Positions 28,356-40,570 of a stretch of 64,000 bases of DNA are shown here, in pieces. The position numbers were made by a program, and so were the translations under genes. This DNA comes from Mustelus asterias. Lineage: Eukaryota. The notes under the pieces are model-generated. The model made no database searches. It saw nothing but the letters and a program-made list of their open reading frames with translations, and was not told the DNA's origin. The stretch is from assembly GCF_964213995.1 (NCBI RefSeq), contig NC_135813.1, forward strand, positions 61,380,001 to 61,444,000, written 5' to 3'. Every line of letters begins with the position of its first letter. Position 1 is the first letter of the stretch.

Positions 28356-30033
28356 GAGCGAAATACCAAAATTCAGTAACCCAACATGTTAAGGGAGATG
28401 TATGAGACCGAAACAGTGATACAACATCACATTACATTGTAGCCGGATCTTGAGAGGAATTGTACTGGAGCACAACACACGTGTAAAGCAAAGCAATGTT
28501 AACGACAACCGTAAACGGTAAAATATGTCATGATGGCAAATCATTTTATTATATGATAGAAGTTGCAAGACGTAATATGTATTAACCTTCGAGTTGTTCG
28601 AAATATATTTTCTTACGTTTATGAGCATGGATTACGCAGATGGAGTATCCGACATTACTGTAACCACTTTAAAATGATTGTGACATGTATGTCTAACTAT
28701 AGAATGTTGATTTGCTAAATATATAGCGATATTTGCTTATCCTCTTTATGTGTTGCTTTACCAGAAGCGGACGGAATTGCTTATCTCTGAACAGATGCTG
28801 TTCGGTGATTTCCCCATCCTAAGAATGGATACAATTGCAGCAAATTTGCAAGCAAAAAGTGAAACATTCGCAGCTGTCGATAGTGTTCAAACAATTGATG
28901 AATTTAGCACTTCAAATACCCAAATTCGCAGTTTTATTCAACGTTAGCATGAATGCATATGGGAAGAAATTAAACAAAAAATGCTGGGGGAAAAACTCAG
29001 CAGCTCCAGCAGGGAGAGAAATAGAGGTCGCTTTTTCGAGTCCGTGTGAATCTTCCTCAGAGCTAACGAAGAGGGGGCATTTGAGAAAAAAATGAACCAT
29101 CTCTAATGCATTGAAAGCTATAACTTGTAGGATTTACTCAGCGAATCACTGAAATAGTTTGTTCAACTCAAAAGCCAGATGTGTGATTATTCTTGTTATA
29201 ACTTTTGTTGTAATGAATATAGAGTGTTCCACACTAAACGTCACAGCTAACCCCTTCTATTCCATCAGTGAAAGATCTGTATTGATTTGAAATATCCTTT
29301 TAATGTTGCATGATGACACCGATGTGCTTGTGAATGTTTCACCTTGACACTTCTGTACTAAGATCAGTTAGTGTGAGGATTGCTATCTCGACCAATATAA
29401 ATGCCTAAAAGCACAGAAATGTTGCAACTCCCTTTTTCGGTAAAAATGTAAGGTTTCTAGGACACGCCAGCACTGTGGCAGCAAGAGAGGATCTAGCAAA
29501 AGTTAATACACTAAGATGTTCATAATCCCATGTGCTCCCAATGACAGCATTCAACTTATTGTCCATTCTGTAGAGGGTGCATCGGAGCGTGCTAATGAGA
29601 AAACAGTTTCCTCATGGTAAGTGGCACTGCAATAAAACATCCAAACATTTTTCACTTCATTAATTTATCAGTAAAGGCTCTTTGCGTTGATTTACACTTC
29701 CCACAAAGCCAAAACAGCGTCCGGTGTCTCACTGCATCGCTTATATGTGTAATAAAGAATGCTAACATTTATTTAATAGCTTATTTTTAAACTGCATTCA
29801 AATTCAGGGATTTAAATGATTACATTTGCTAAATACACAACGATTACATATTGGGAGCAATGAGGGATGGTTGATTTAGAAAAAAATTGCTGTGAATTTC
29901 TTAACTATATTTGAGCCTTAAAACATTGTAGCCTTTGGCTTTAAGTAAATGTAGCTATGATAATGTAACCATCTCGCGCGGCTGAAAAGGTCAATTCTAT
30001 CATCTGAATAGTCCTCCTTTGGAACAGTGTGAC

Positions 30034-30154
30034 TGACGCGATTGGTTATCAGAACCCGGAAGCTGCTCGGTCGGCCAATGGACGCTTGAAGTGGAAAATA
30101 TATTTACATACCTAATAATCGCTGGCATTTCATTTGTCCAACCTTTGATATAAA
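30034..30154 (+). promoter_or_regulatory. Putative IgL promoter: TGACGC half-CRE, ATTGG/CCAAT boxes, octamer variant ATTTACAT, TATAAA
   Basis: TGACGC 30034-30039, ATTGG 30041-30045, CCAAT 30075-30079, ATTTACAT 30102-30109 (one mismatch to the light-chain octamer ATTTGCAT), TATAAA 30149-30154, about 60 nt before the ATG. Confidence 0.6.
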
Positions 30155-30211
30155 GCACGGCACCCACTGATCCGAAAGATTACATTTCTTGCATTCATCA
30201 GCAACTTTACA

Positions 30212-30260
30212 ATGGCAGCGGTTACTCTTGTTCTGCTCTCGTTAACAGTTGGTCTGGCGT
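30212..30260 (+). CDS. IgL: Ig light chain leader exon (MAAVTLVLLSLTVGLA + 1 nt, phase 1)
   Basis: ATG at 30212, hydrophobic signal peptide, GTAAGT donor at 30261; splices in phase to the V exon acceptor (tttgcAG ending 30442). Confidence 0.92.
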
Positions 30261-30442
30261 GTAAGTGTCTGGGAGATATGTATAATCTTTTCAGCGTGGA
30301 GAATTGTAAAAACAAATTAAGCAAAATATTAATCCAAAGCATTATTTGGGTCTGAATGTAATGTTCTGTGTTGGTGTTGCATTTTATAATTCTTCGTTGG
30401 TCGGTTGATTTTTAATCATGTCATGTTTCATCAAATTTGCAG

Positions 30443-30751
30443 ATACCAGCACGCAGATCAGCTTGATCCAACCAGAATCCGTGTCCACTACACCGGGGAA
30501 AACCGTGATCCTAAACTGTACAGTCCATGGAATCAGCCTGTCAAAGAGATATGTTAATTGGTACCATCAGAAGCGTGGCAGTGCCCCAAGGTTTATCTTA
30601 TATGGAACCGATAAAAGAGGGGACGGTATCCCGGATAGATTTACCGGCCTGGAAGACGAAAAAACAAACGTAGGACATTTGACCATCGCGAACGTGGAAT
30701 TGGGGGACGCTGGTGATTACTACTGTTTATCAAGTGAAGAAAGTGGCTTCA
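30443..30751 (+). CDS. IgL: Ig light chain V segment, lambda-like, unrearranged
   Basis: QISLIQPESVSTTPGKTVILNC...VNWYHQKRGSAPRFILY...GIPDRFTG...LTIANVELGDAGDYYC: canonical Cys, Trp and DxxxYYC; open frame; ends at an RSS heptamer. Confidence 0.96.
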
Positions 30752-30790
30752 CACGGTGACAGGTCCGGTGATTCCTTCAGTACCAAAACT
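30752..30790 (+). other. V recombination signal sequence, 23-bp spacer
   Basis: Heptamer CACGGTG (30752-30758), 23-nt spacer (30759-30781), nonamer ACCAAAACT (30782-30790). Confidence 0.93.
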
Positions 30791-30977
30791 CTTCACAGAA
30801 CTCGCGCCGGAATTTATATGGCCGACTAAAATTGAGGTTAGCAGCTGGGCCAACAATGTTGCCTTAATAAGACTCGCAGTGTAACGTTTTTTAAAAAAAA
30901 AATAGGCTATTGTTCACCCAACAAGTATGAATTCCTGCTTCGATGGACCACCCTCTGCTCAGCTACACAGTTGGAAC

Positions 30978-31005
30978 GGTTTTTATACGGCGTCATACCA
31001 CTGTG
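30978..31005 (-). other. J recombination signal sequence, 12-bp spacer
   Basis: Read on +: GGTTTTTAT (30978-30986), 12-nt spacer, CACTGTG (30999-31005); perfect heptamer directly abutting J. Confidence 0.95.
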
Positions 31006-31044
31006 GGTGGTATTTTGGTAGCGGGACCAGGCTGACTGTTCTGA
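31006..31044 (+). CDS. IgL: Ig light chain J segment (WYFGSGTRLTVL)
   Basis: FGxGTxLTVL motif; GTAAGT donor at 31045, phase 1, matching the C exon. Confidence 0.96.
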
Positions 31045-31925
31045 GTAAGTGATATATGTATGCTTCATGAAGCAAATTGCTTGTAAGGTTGTGAATTTGA
31101 ATGCAAAGTTTAGTTTGCGTCAAGTGTTTATTTTTCAACAAAATTGTTCATCCTGAGAAGCACAACTGGAATGTGTAGATTAACCTGCTGTCAAACTGGT
31201 CAAACGATGCCCAGATACCCAGATACTTTCCTTGTCCTTTCAATTCAAAATCAAAATCCCATTTAGGACAAGTCCACATTCAACACACTTTCAATGTAAT
31301 TAGTGCCCCTTGTTAGCCCTGTCCTGTGACAGTATAAGAAGGAAGGCGATACCGACTTGTATAATATTTGATTTGATTTATTATCGTCACATGTATTGGG
31401 ATACAGTGAAAAGTATTGTTTCTTCCACTATACAGACAAAACATACAATTCATAGAGTTCATAGAGAAGAAGGAAAGATAGGGTGCAGAATATAGTGTTC
31501 CAGTTACAGATAGGGCGAAGAGAAAGATCAGATTAATATATGGCAGGTCAATTCAAAAGTCTGATGGCAGCATCGAAGAAGCTGTTCTTGAGTCAGTTCG
31601 CACGTGTCCTCAGACCTTTGTATCTCTTTCCGAGGAAGAAGGTAGAAGAGTGTATGTCTGGGGTCCATGGAGTCCCTGATTACGCTGGCTGATTTTAGAG
31701 GCAGCGGGAAGTGTAGACGGAGTCAATGGATGGGAGGCAGGTTTGCGTCAATTGTTGGACTAAATGGGTCATTTTCCATCACTGTTTCTTGGTGATTCCC
31801 CCTAATTCAGCAACTATAGTTGGACCCGGACTATTAGGATCTGGATTTGCAACTTGAAATGTTGGGTTGTGTGTGTGGGTGCTAACAATCTTATCATTTG
31901 ATCACCAGCAGATGGCATGGTAATC

Positions 31926-33030
31926 TAGAACATAGAACAGTACAGCACAGTACAGGCCCTTCGGCCCACGATGTTGTGCCGAGCTTTATCTGAAACCAAG
32001 ATCAAGCTATCCCACTCCCTATCATCCTGGTGTGCTCCATGTGCCTATCCAATAACCGCTTAAATGTTCCTAAAGTGTCTGACTCCACTATCACTGCAGG
32101 CAGTCCATTCCACACCCCAACCACTCTCTGCGTAAAGAACCTACCTCTGATATCCTTCCTGTATCTCCCACCATGAACCCTATAGTTATGCCCCCTTGTA
32201 ATAGCTCCATCCACCCGAGGAAATAGTCTTTGAACGTTCACTCTATCTATCCCCTTCATCATTTTATAAACCTCTATTAAGTCTCCCCTCAGCCTCCTCC
32301 GCTCCAGAGAGAACAGCCCTAGCTCCCTCAACCTTTCCTCATAAGACCTACCCTCCAAACCAGGCAGCATCCTGGTAAATCTCCTCTGCACTCTTTCCAG
32401 CGCTTCCACATCCTTCTTATAGTGAGGTGACCAGAACTGCACACAATATTCCAAATGTGGTCTCACCAAGGTCCTGTACAGTTGCAGCATAACCCCACGG
32501 CTCTTAAAATCCAACCCTCTGTTAATAAAAGCTAACACACTATAGGCCTTCTTCACAGCTCTATCCACTTGAGTGGCAACCTTTAGAGATCTGTGGATAT
32601 GGACCCCAAGATCTCTCTGTTCCTCCACAGTCTTCAGAACCCTACCTTTGACCCTGTAATCCACATTTAAATTAGTCCTACCAAAATGAATCACCTCACA
32701 TTTATCAGGGTTAAACTCCATTTGCCATTTTTCAGCCCAGCTTTGCATCCTATCTATGTCTCTTTGCAGCCCACAACAGCCCTCCACCTCATCCACTACT
32801 CCACCAATCTTGGTGTCATCAGCAAATTTACTGATCCACCCTTCAGCCCCCTCCTCTAAGTCATTAATAAAAATCACAAAGAGCAGAGGACCAAGCACTG
32901 ATCCCTGTGGCACTCCGCTAGCAACCTGCCTCCAATCCGAAAATTTTCCATCGACCACCACCCTCTGTCTTCGATCAGACAGCCAGTTACCTATCCAATC
33001 GGCCAACTTTCCCTCTATTCCACACCTCCT
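31926..33030 (-). mobile_element. 5'-truncated CR1 LINE in the IgL J-C intron
   Basis: 345-aa ORF 32002-33039 with GVPQGSVLGP, FADDTK, RPHLEYCVQFWSP; CR1-type 3' tail. Confidence 0.93.
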
Positions 33031-34340
33031 CCCTTTCATCTCATTGCATATTCGAATGTCCCCATAGCTAATAAAGCCCCATGATGTAAGATTACGCGGC
33101 TCAGGCTAACACTGCGTTCTGCAATGATTTTAGGAGATACAGGTTATGCAGAAGGAAAAGTCACCGTGCAAATAAAATATCAATACAATATTTAACTTTA
33201 TTTGATACTCTTAATATGTCGAATCCTAAAGTCCTGTGAAGCCTATTTTGGAATCCTACCACCTGTTTCCCAATAATCGACAATATGGGTAAGTTTAGCA
33301 CCATCTTGCTGTGCGGTGTGTTGGACGGTTGGAAATAGAAAAGGAAGAAATAGCTTTTTTTAACAATGAAACTGGGCCCAGCCAATTTCTCATAACTCAG
33401 TTCAAACCAAAGTTGGATAAACGCAGAAAATCTGACGGCATCCCTGGAGAGAAACCGAGTTCCCATTTCGGATGTACACGATCCTTCTACAGAACGGTTC
33501 TGATGCTGCCAAACCTGCTGAGTTTATTCAGCATTTTCTGTTTTTATTTCACATTTCCAGTATCCGCAGTGCTTGCTTTTATCAAACCAATGTTTCGGCC
33601 TGTTAAAAGACTCTTTCCATCCTGAAATATCCTAACCACCCGCCCCATGTTATTCAATGGCGCACAGACTGTGGAATGTGGGTCGCATTTCTGCGCACCT
33701 TGGGCTCAATTTTCCGGCGGACGTCTGGACCAATTCCTGGTCCCGACTCGGTGCATTTTGATGGCACGCTCGCTTGCTTAATTTAAGCAAGGCGGCCAAT
33801 AAGTAGGTCCCCTCGGCGTTTGCCATCAAATTAATGACATTAGGCAGCACACAGGAATGCCACCGGCAGCGCCACAGAATCATCGAGCGCAAAATTTGGC
33901 GGTCACCTAAAGGTCCAAAACAATGTGAATATTAGCTGAAACTATCTGTGGGGAATAGGGTGCAGAGGAAAGGTGTTTACATGAATCTACAAGATCAGAT
34001 GATGGCTCTTGAGAGGTTGGTCGGTGGGTCCTCACAGAATTGTTACGGTACAGAAGGAAACCATTTGGCCCATCGTGTAGGCACTGGCTCTTCAAATGAG
34101 CATCATGAGTTAGTGCAACACCTCTCCCTGTTTCCCCTGCACGTTGTTTCTATTCAAGTAATCATCTAATACCCTCTTGAATACTTCGAATTAACCTGCC
34201 TCTACCACACCAGAAGAGGTAAGAGCAGAAGTTGGCCATTTGGCCCATCGGGTTTGCTCTGCCATTCAATGAGATCTTGGCTGATCTACTACACTAATCC
34301 TCAACTCCACTTCCAGGTCGTGCATCCCGGGGCCGAACCA

Positions 34341-34980
34341 TTTAAAGTTAAAGTAAAGTTTATTTATGAGTCACAAGTAGGCTTACATTCACATTGCAAT
34401 GAAGTTACTGTGAAAATCCCCTGGTCACCACAATCCGGCGCCTGTTCGGGTACACTGAGCGAGACTTTAGCATGGCCAATTCACCTAACCAGCACATCTT
34501 TGGAGCGTGGGAGGAAACCAGAGCACCCGGAGGAAACCCACGCAGGCACAGGAAGAATGTGCAGATTTCACACAGACAGTGACCCACACCGGGAATCAAA
34601 TCCAGGTCCCTGGCGTTGTAAGGCAGCAGTGCTAACCACTGTGCCACCATGTTATAGAATCTCGAATCCGACAGTGCAGAAGAAAGCCATTTGGTCCATC
34701 GAGTCTGCACCGACCACAATCCCACCCAGGCCCTATCCCCATACCCCCATGCATTTGCCCTAGCTAGTCCCTCTGACAGTAAGTGGCATTTTAGCATGGC
34801 CAATCCACCTAACCCGCACATCTTTGGGCTGCGAGAGGAAACCGGGACACCCGGAGGAAACCCACACAGACACGAGGAGAACGTGCAAATTCCACAGACA
34901 GTAACCCAAGCTGGGAATTGAACCCGGGTCCCTGGCGCTGTGAGGTAGCAGTGCTAACCATTGTGCCACCATGCCGCCCC
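34341..34980 (-). mobile_element. Two adjacent SINEs (alternative-tail 34341-34630, CR1-tail 34653-34980)
   Basis: Two A/B-box heads in tandem on the - strand. Confidence 0.85.
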
Positions 34981-36270
34981 GTGTTGTCTTCTGTAAAATT
35001 TTATTGCAGTCCCATGTTGAGGTGTAATCACACTTTCCATTCCCTTAACTCACTCTCCACTGCTGCCAGGTGAGTAGCCATTGGAGCTGGGGAATGGTGG
35101 GAGTGGAGTGCCTCAGGGAGACTGCAACAGGTGGGAGAGCCAATTCAAGCACTCGGTTCCAAAAATCCCCTGTGTCACCATAGAGACAAATTGATCCCAT
35201 TGGTCAAACGGTCAAGAATCAAAGGGCACAGATTTATGAAAGAACCGAAAATGACCTGAGGTACAGCATTCCTGCATGGAGTGGTAAGGATCTGGAATGC
35301 ACTGCCTGACAATGTGCTGGAGACAGAATCAATCGTGGCTTTCAAATGGAAGTTGGATAGGCACCTGCAGGGACAAATGCAGGGCTAAGGGGAAAGTGCG
35401 GGGAGTGGAACTGGCTGATATACTGCAGCAGAATTTCCGGACGGAGTGGCCTCTTTCTGTGCTGTAACCACTCTTCTGATTCAATGATACTGGCAATCAG
35501 TTGTGGCTCAGTAAAGGGTTTGCGTTGTTCCCCGCTATTTCTGAGTAATGAAGATTCATTCTACCTGGCATTCTACCTATGCCATTATTACAGGCATAAT
35601 GCAGGTGAGAGTCAGTTTTGTAGTTAATCTATTCGTTCATAATGAATATTTGTTAGCGCTAGTCCTAGTTGAGTGTGCTACTGAAATATCTCTGAATTTT
35701 ACTGTGAATTCTAACCGTATTTGAAACAAATTGGTGTCTCCCAATTAAGCAAAGCACTCTTGCTGTTGCTTGAACAGGGCTGTAGTAAATCCGCCTTAAT
35801 GTGCTCTGTGTAGCAGGGGGAAGATTGAAGATATATCCACCAGGTCTGGGTGGGATTGTGGTCGGTGGTCGGTACAGACTCGATGGGCCTCCTTCTATAC
35901 TGTAGGGATTCTATGATTTTGTTTTTCTTTATATTTCCCTGTCTGGCTATTGAATTAAGAAAATCAAAGATGAACATTGAAAAACGTCAGTTATTGGCAA
36001 AAGAAAATGTCCTGAGAAACCTCTTTCTGTATAATGACTGCCCGAATCCTAAACTTCATTGTTAATGTAAACTAATTCTCCAAGGTATTTCTGAATCTAC
36101 ACCGGGCGTCCTTCTCATCTACATTAAATGCTGAAAACACTTAGCAAGTCGGGCAGCATCCACAGATGTTGCCTGACCTGCTGTGTGTTTCCCAACAGTC
36201 TCTTTTATTTCCACGTTTCCAGGAATTCACTACTCTACTACTGTTACTTGTTTATGTGCATCTGAATTCT

Positions 36271-36785
36271 AAGAACATAAGAACTAGGGGCAGGAATAGG
36301 CCATCTGGCCCCTCGAGCCTGCTCCACCATTCAATAAGATCATGGCTGATCTTTTCATGGACTCAGCTCCACTTACCCGCCACTCACCATAACCCTTAAT
36401 TCCTTTACTGTTCAAAAATTTATCTATCCTTGCCTTAAAAACATTCAATGAGGTAACCTCAACTGCGTCACTGGGCAGGAAATTCCACAAATTCACAATC
36501 CTTTGGGTGAAGACGTTCCTCCTCAACTCAGTCCTAAAACTGCTCCCTCTTATTTTGAGGCCATGCCCCCTAGTTCTAGTTTCACCTGCCAGTTGAAATA
36601 ACCTCCCTGCTTCTATCTTATTTATTCCCTTCATAATTTTATATGTTTCTATAAGATCTCCCCTCATTCTTCTGAATTCCAATGAGTATAGTCCCAGTCT
36701 CTCCGCATAAGCCAACCCTCTCAATTCCGGAATCAACCGAGTGAATCTCCTCTGCACCCCCACCAGTGCCAGTATATCCTTTCGG
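36271..36785 (-). mobile_element. CR1 3' fragment in the J-C intron
   Basis: ORF 36284-36763 VQRRFTRLIP...RMRGDLIETYKI; same subfamily tail as 18143-19072. Confidence 0.9.
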
Positions 36786-37248
36786 AAGTTACTACTGTCG
36801 GATGATCAAGGAATCTCTGTTTATTATCCCAATGTAAGAAGTCTCACAACACCAGGTTAAAGTCCAACAGGTTTATTTGGTAGCACCAGCGTTCGGAGAG
36901 CTGTCCCTTCATCAGGTGAGTATTATTATCCTACTCGCCATGCCCCGCATCCGAGAGCAACTTCAAGGTTCTCTGACCATCTCTAGCAAGGTTTTCTAAG
37001 CGAAAAAATAACTTTCCAGTCTGGAATTTGATTTTTTATATTGCTTTCAAACACCGTCAGATATATTTGTGTCCAAATGCAATTTCTCGGAAATGTAAGA
37101 CAACGCGCAGGTATAACATTTACACTTTGCAACTCAGCATCACACAGGCACAATTCCTATTTAGATATGGTAAACATTTTACAATTCAAATACATTGGCT
37201 AATGTAAATTAATTCAGAATTAATGCGACTCTATTTTTCCCCTTTCAG

Positions 37249-37577
37249 GTCGTCAACCAGCTAATCCCACAGTCTCGCTTCTTCCACCATCGGAGAAGCA
37301 GATTGCAGTGGCAAACCAGGCGACGCTGGTGTGTTTGGTGAATAATTTTTACCCCGATTCCGTGCAACTTGTGTGGAGTGTGGACGGCAAAGTCAGAGAG
37401 GCGGGCATCCAGACCAGTTCAACCTTACAGGACTCTGACCAGACCTACAGTGTGAGCACTTACCTGACCCTGTCCGCCTCCGAGTGGAACTCACACGAGC
37501 TTTATTCCTGCGGGGTTAAGCACGAGACTCTAGGGTCCACACTCGAGCAAAGTATCAGGCGTTCAAACTGCATATGA
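37249..37577 (+). CDS. IgL: Ig light chain constant exon, lambda-like C1 domain
   Basis: Acceptor cctttcAG ending 37248, phase 1; (S)RQPANPTVSLLPPS...ATLVCLVNNFYP...W...YSVSTYLTLSASEWNSHELYSCGVKHE...SNCI*; penultimate Cys for the heavy-light disulfide. Confidence 0.96.
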
Positions 37578-37815
37578 TGAAGAAAGACATGTATTGTTGT
37601 AACCCTGCAATTTATCTGCATTGCTGTTTAAAAGAACTCGCCACTGTTTCTTGTCTTTAGACTCGCTCAATGAAATATCTGCTTTGATGTTGCTGCAGAC
37701 ATCTTTTTGAAAAAAACCAGAGAGATTTTGCTGGCTTGTGTCGTGTATGTTTTAAATTGTAAACACGTCCATTACATTTGTGCAACAATGTATTAAAATC
37801 TGCCTCTTAGCCCTG

Positions 37816-37829
37816 AATAAATAAATAAA
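37816..37829 (+). terminator. IgL polyadenylation signal (overlapping AATAAA hexamers)
   Basis: aataaataaataaa about 240 nt after the C-exon stop codon. Confidence 0.7.
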
Positions 37830-38951
37830 AATCCGAAGCAGCACATGTAATCCGTTATAATGTGAAGGCTAATTCATGATTAAGGTTGCACACCGGAAAT
37901 GTCACAATCAGTCTGTCTCCATGCAGATCCTGAGTGGTCCGATAAGTGCCTCCAGCACATCGTGTGTTTTATCCAAAATATTTCAATGATTTACAAGAGT
38001 TTTGTTTCCTACATTTTCAGTATTATACCGCACCTTCTCTCATTCCCTCAAGAGAAACGGTTTATAGGATATTTGTGAAAATTAAAGCAAAAAATAATCA
38101 TGTATCTAATAAACAATTTAGGCTTTTAGTTTCTGGTCCTCGATGGAATTCAGGCAAATCGATAGAGATAGCACAGGAGCAGTGAGTTCTTAGACTACTG
38201 CCAGCTTTGGGGAATTCGGTAGTCTACGATTTGCAATGCATGTTGGAATTCTGTCAATATCCACCAATATTGCGGTGCTATGTTCTCCCAACTGAACCTG
38301 GTAGTTTGTCCAGTTTGCATACAGCCAGGCTTTCCAGTAGCTCCTCTTGATCCAGTTTGAGCCCAGCCTGCCCAGCACCTGAACTCTGGCTGTGATACAT
38401 TGACAGCAGCAGATTCAAACTTTCAAATTGTTTGCATTGTAACATCAGAGAATTTTAGTGTTTTGAATTATCTGGAAATTGAATAACAGTTTTCCCGTAA
38501 CCCTTGATTAACCGCAATTAACCCATACAACAAAGTGGTACGTGTGATGGTGGAAAATGCTTTTCTCCATTGATGCAATGTGGTTCATCACCACCAGAGA
38601 ACACCAGAGCTCTTTGTAAGTCAGACTCATGAGTCCAACAGAGAGCGCTGTAGAAAAGCAGCACAGAATGTAAAATAATTCACACAAACACGAGACCGAT
38701 ATGAACGGTTACCATGTGGAAATTTGATTAGGTGTTTACAACACATTGTATTGCAATCACCAAGGATTTTTCGGAAGCAGCTTCCAAACCTGCAACCTCT
38801 ATCACCTAGAAGGACAAGGGGAGCAATAGACGCATGGGAACATCACAACATGCATGCTCCCTCGAAGTCAACATCCTGAATTCGTCCCTTCACTGTCACT
38901 CTATCAAATCCTGGAACTCACTCTCTCACAGCACTGTTCCTATACCACATG

Positions 38952-39159
38952 ATGTGGAGATGCGGGCGTTGGACTGAGGTAGGCACAGTAAGAAGTCTCA
39001 CAACACCAGGTTAAAGTCCAACAGGTTTATTTGGTATCACGATCTTTCAGAGCCCTCCTCCTTCACCAGGTGAGCCACCTGAAGAAGCTGCAGCGCTGCG
39101 AAAACTTGTGATAGCAAATAAATCTGTTGGATTTTAACCTGTTGTTGTGAGACTTCTTA
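38952..39159. mobile_element. Short palindromic Penelope-derived insertion
   Basis: Inverted arms 38988-39040 / 39108-39160; 12-bp TSD CTATACCACATG at 38940-38951 and 39160-39171; same terminal sequence family as 58230-59504. Confidence 0.8.
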
Positions 39160-39499
39160 CTATACCACATGGACTGCAATAGTTCAGAAAGGCAGCTCGC
39201 TACCACCTATTCAACTGCAATTAGGCAATGGCAATAAATGTTGTTCTAACCAGCAATAAGCATAGCATGTAAAAGAATATGTAGATATTTAAAACTGTAG
39301 TAAGAGTGCATTGTTTTAGTAATTTAATTACAAGAATGGATTCCTTGATAAATTCAATTTCTTGTCGAAGGACAGAACTAACGATGAAAACAGAACATGT
39401 TGGAAATCCTCTCTGCGGAGAGACATGCAGTTAACGTTTCAGTTCAAGGACCTTTCATCAGTACTGGGAAAAGTTAGTGTTGTAACACGTTTTGAGTAA

Positions 39500-40570
39500 G
39501 ACCTGGGTGGGGCAAGGGTAAAAGGTGTGTCTGTGATAGGGTGAAAGACAGGAGAGAGTAAATTAAATCTTACTGGGTCAAAGAGAATAGAGATGGGGCA
39601 AAACAAAACAAAGAAACTAAATATGTGCCTAGGGTGCGATTGCCTGAAAGCAAAAATAAGAGAAAAAAAACAAAACATACAAAGTGAAGGAAACAAACTG
39701 GGATCAGAGTCGTGCTTTGAAGTTGCTGAACTCAATTTTGAGACCAAAAGGCCATTAAGTGCATAACTGAAAGGCGAGGTGCTATTCTTCAAGTTTGCAT
39801 TGAACTTCACTGGAACAGTGCAACAGGCCAAGGACAGGGTTGTCAGCATGGGAGCAAAGTGCAGGATTGAAGTGACTGACCACTGGGAGGTCAACTCATG
39901 CTTGTGGATTGAACATATGTGATCCACAGAGCAGTCACCGAATCTATATTTGGTCTCTCCACTGTAGAGGAGATCACATTGTGATCAGTGAATACAGCAT
40001 GCTAAATTGCAAGAAGTATATGTAAATCACTACTTCATCTGGAGAGTTTAGGCTTTGGACGGTGAGGAGATAGGAGATAAAGGGGCAAATGTTACATTTC
40101 CTGCAACTGCATGGATAGATGCTGTCAGAAGGGGATTGGTTTTGGATGTATGGAGGAACAGAGTAGGGTATCACAGAGGGAGCAGGCCCGACAGATTGCT
40201 GCAAGGGGAAGGGAAAGATGATCTTGGTGGTGGAATCACACTTCAGGTGGTGGAAAGAACAGAAATTTATCCTTTAAATAGTAAGGCTGGTGAGGAGAAA
40301 GGTGAGGACAAGAGGAACCCTATCATGGTTCTGGGAAGGAGAGGAAGGAGTGGGAGCAGAAGTGCAGGAAATATAGTGGGCATGGTTGAGGGTCTTGTCA
40401 ACAATGCTGGAAGAAATCCTCGGTTAAAGAAAAAATAAGACATCTCAAACACTGATGTGGAAGTTTATATAATTTGAACAGATGTAACAGAGACAGAGGA
40501 ACTGGGAAAGTGGAATGGAATCCTTGCAAGTTGTTAGGTATGAAGAATTGTGGTCAAGGTGACTTAAGGC
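39500..40570 (-). mobile_element. Decayed Penelope-like element
   Basis: Collinear similarity to 1290-2480 (SYFFFNRGFLP; YIGET-like tttggtctctccactgtagagg on +). Confidence 0.65.

Noticed and set aside
28750-28947. 65-aa ORF upstream of the IgL promoter
   Set aside because: No motif and no linked exons.
30443-37577. TCR or heavy-chain identity for the V-J-C cluster
   Set aside because: No D segment, and a single C exon ending Cys-Ile-stop followed by a poly(A) signal with no TM exon.
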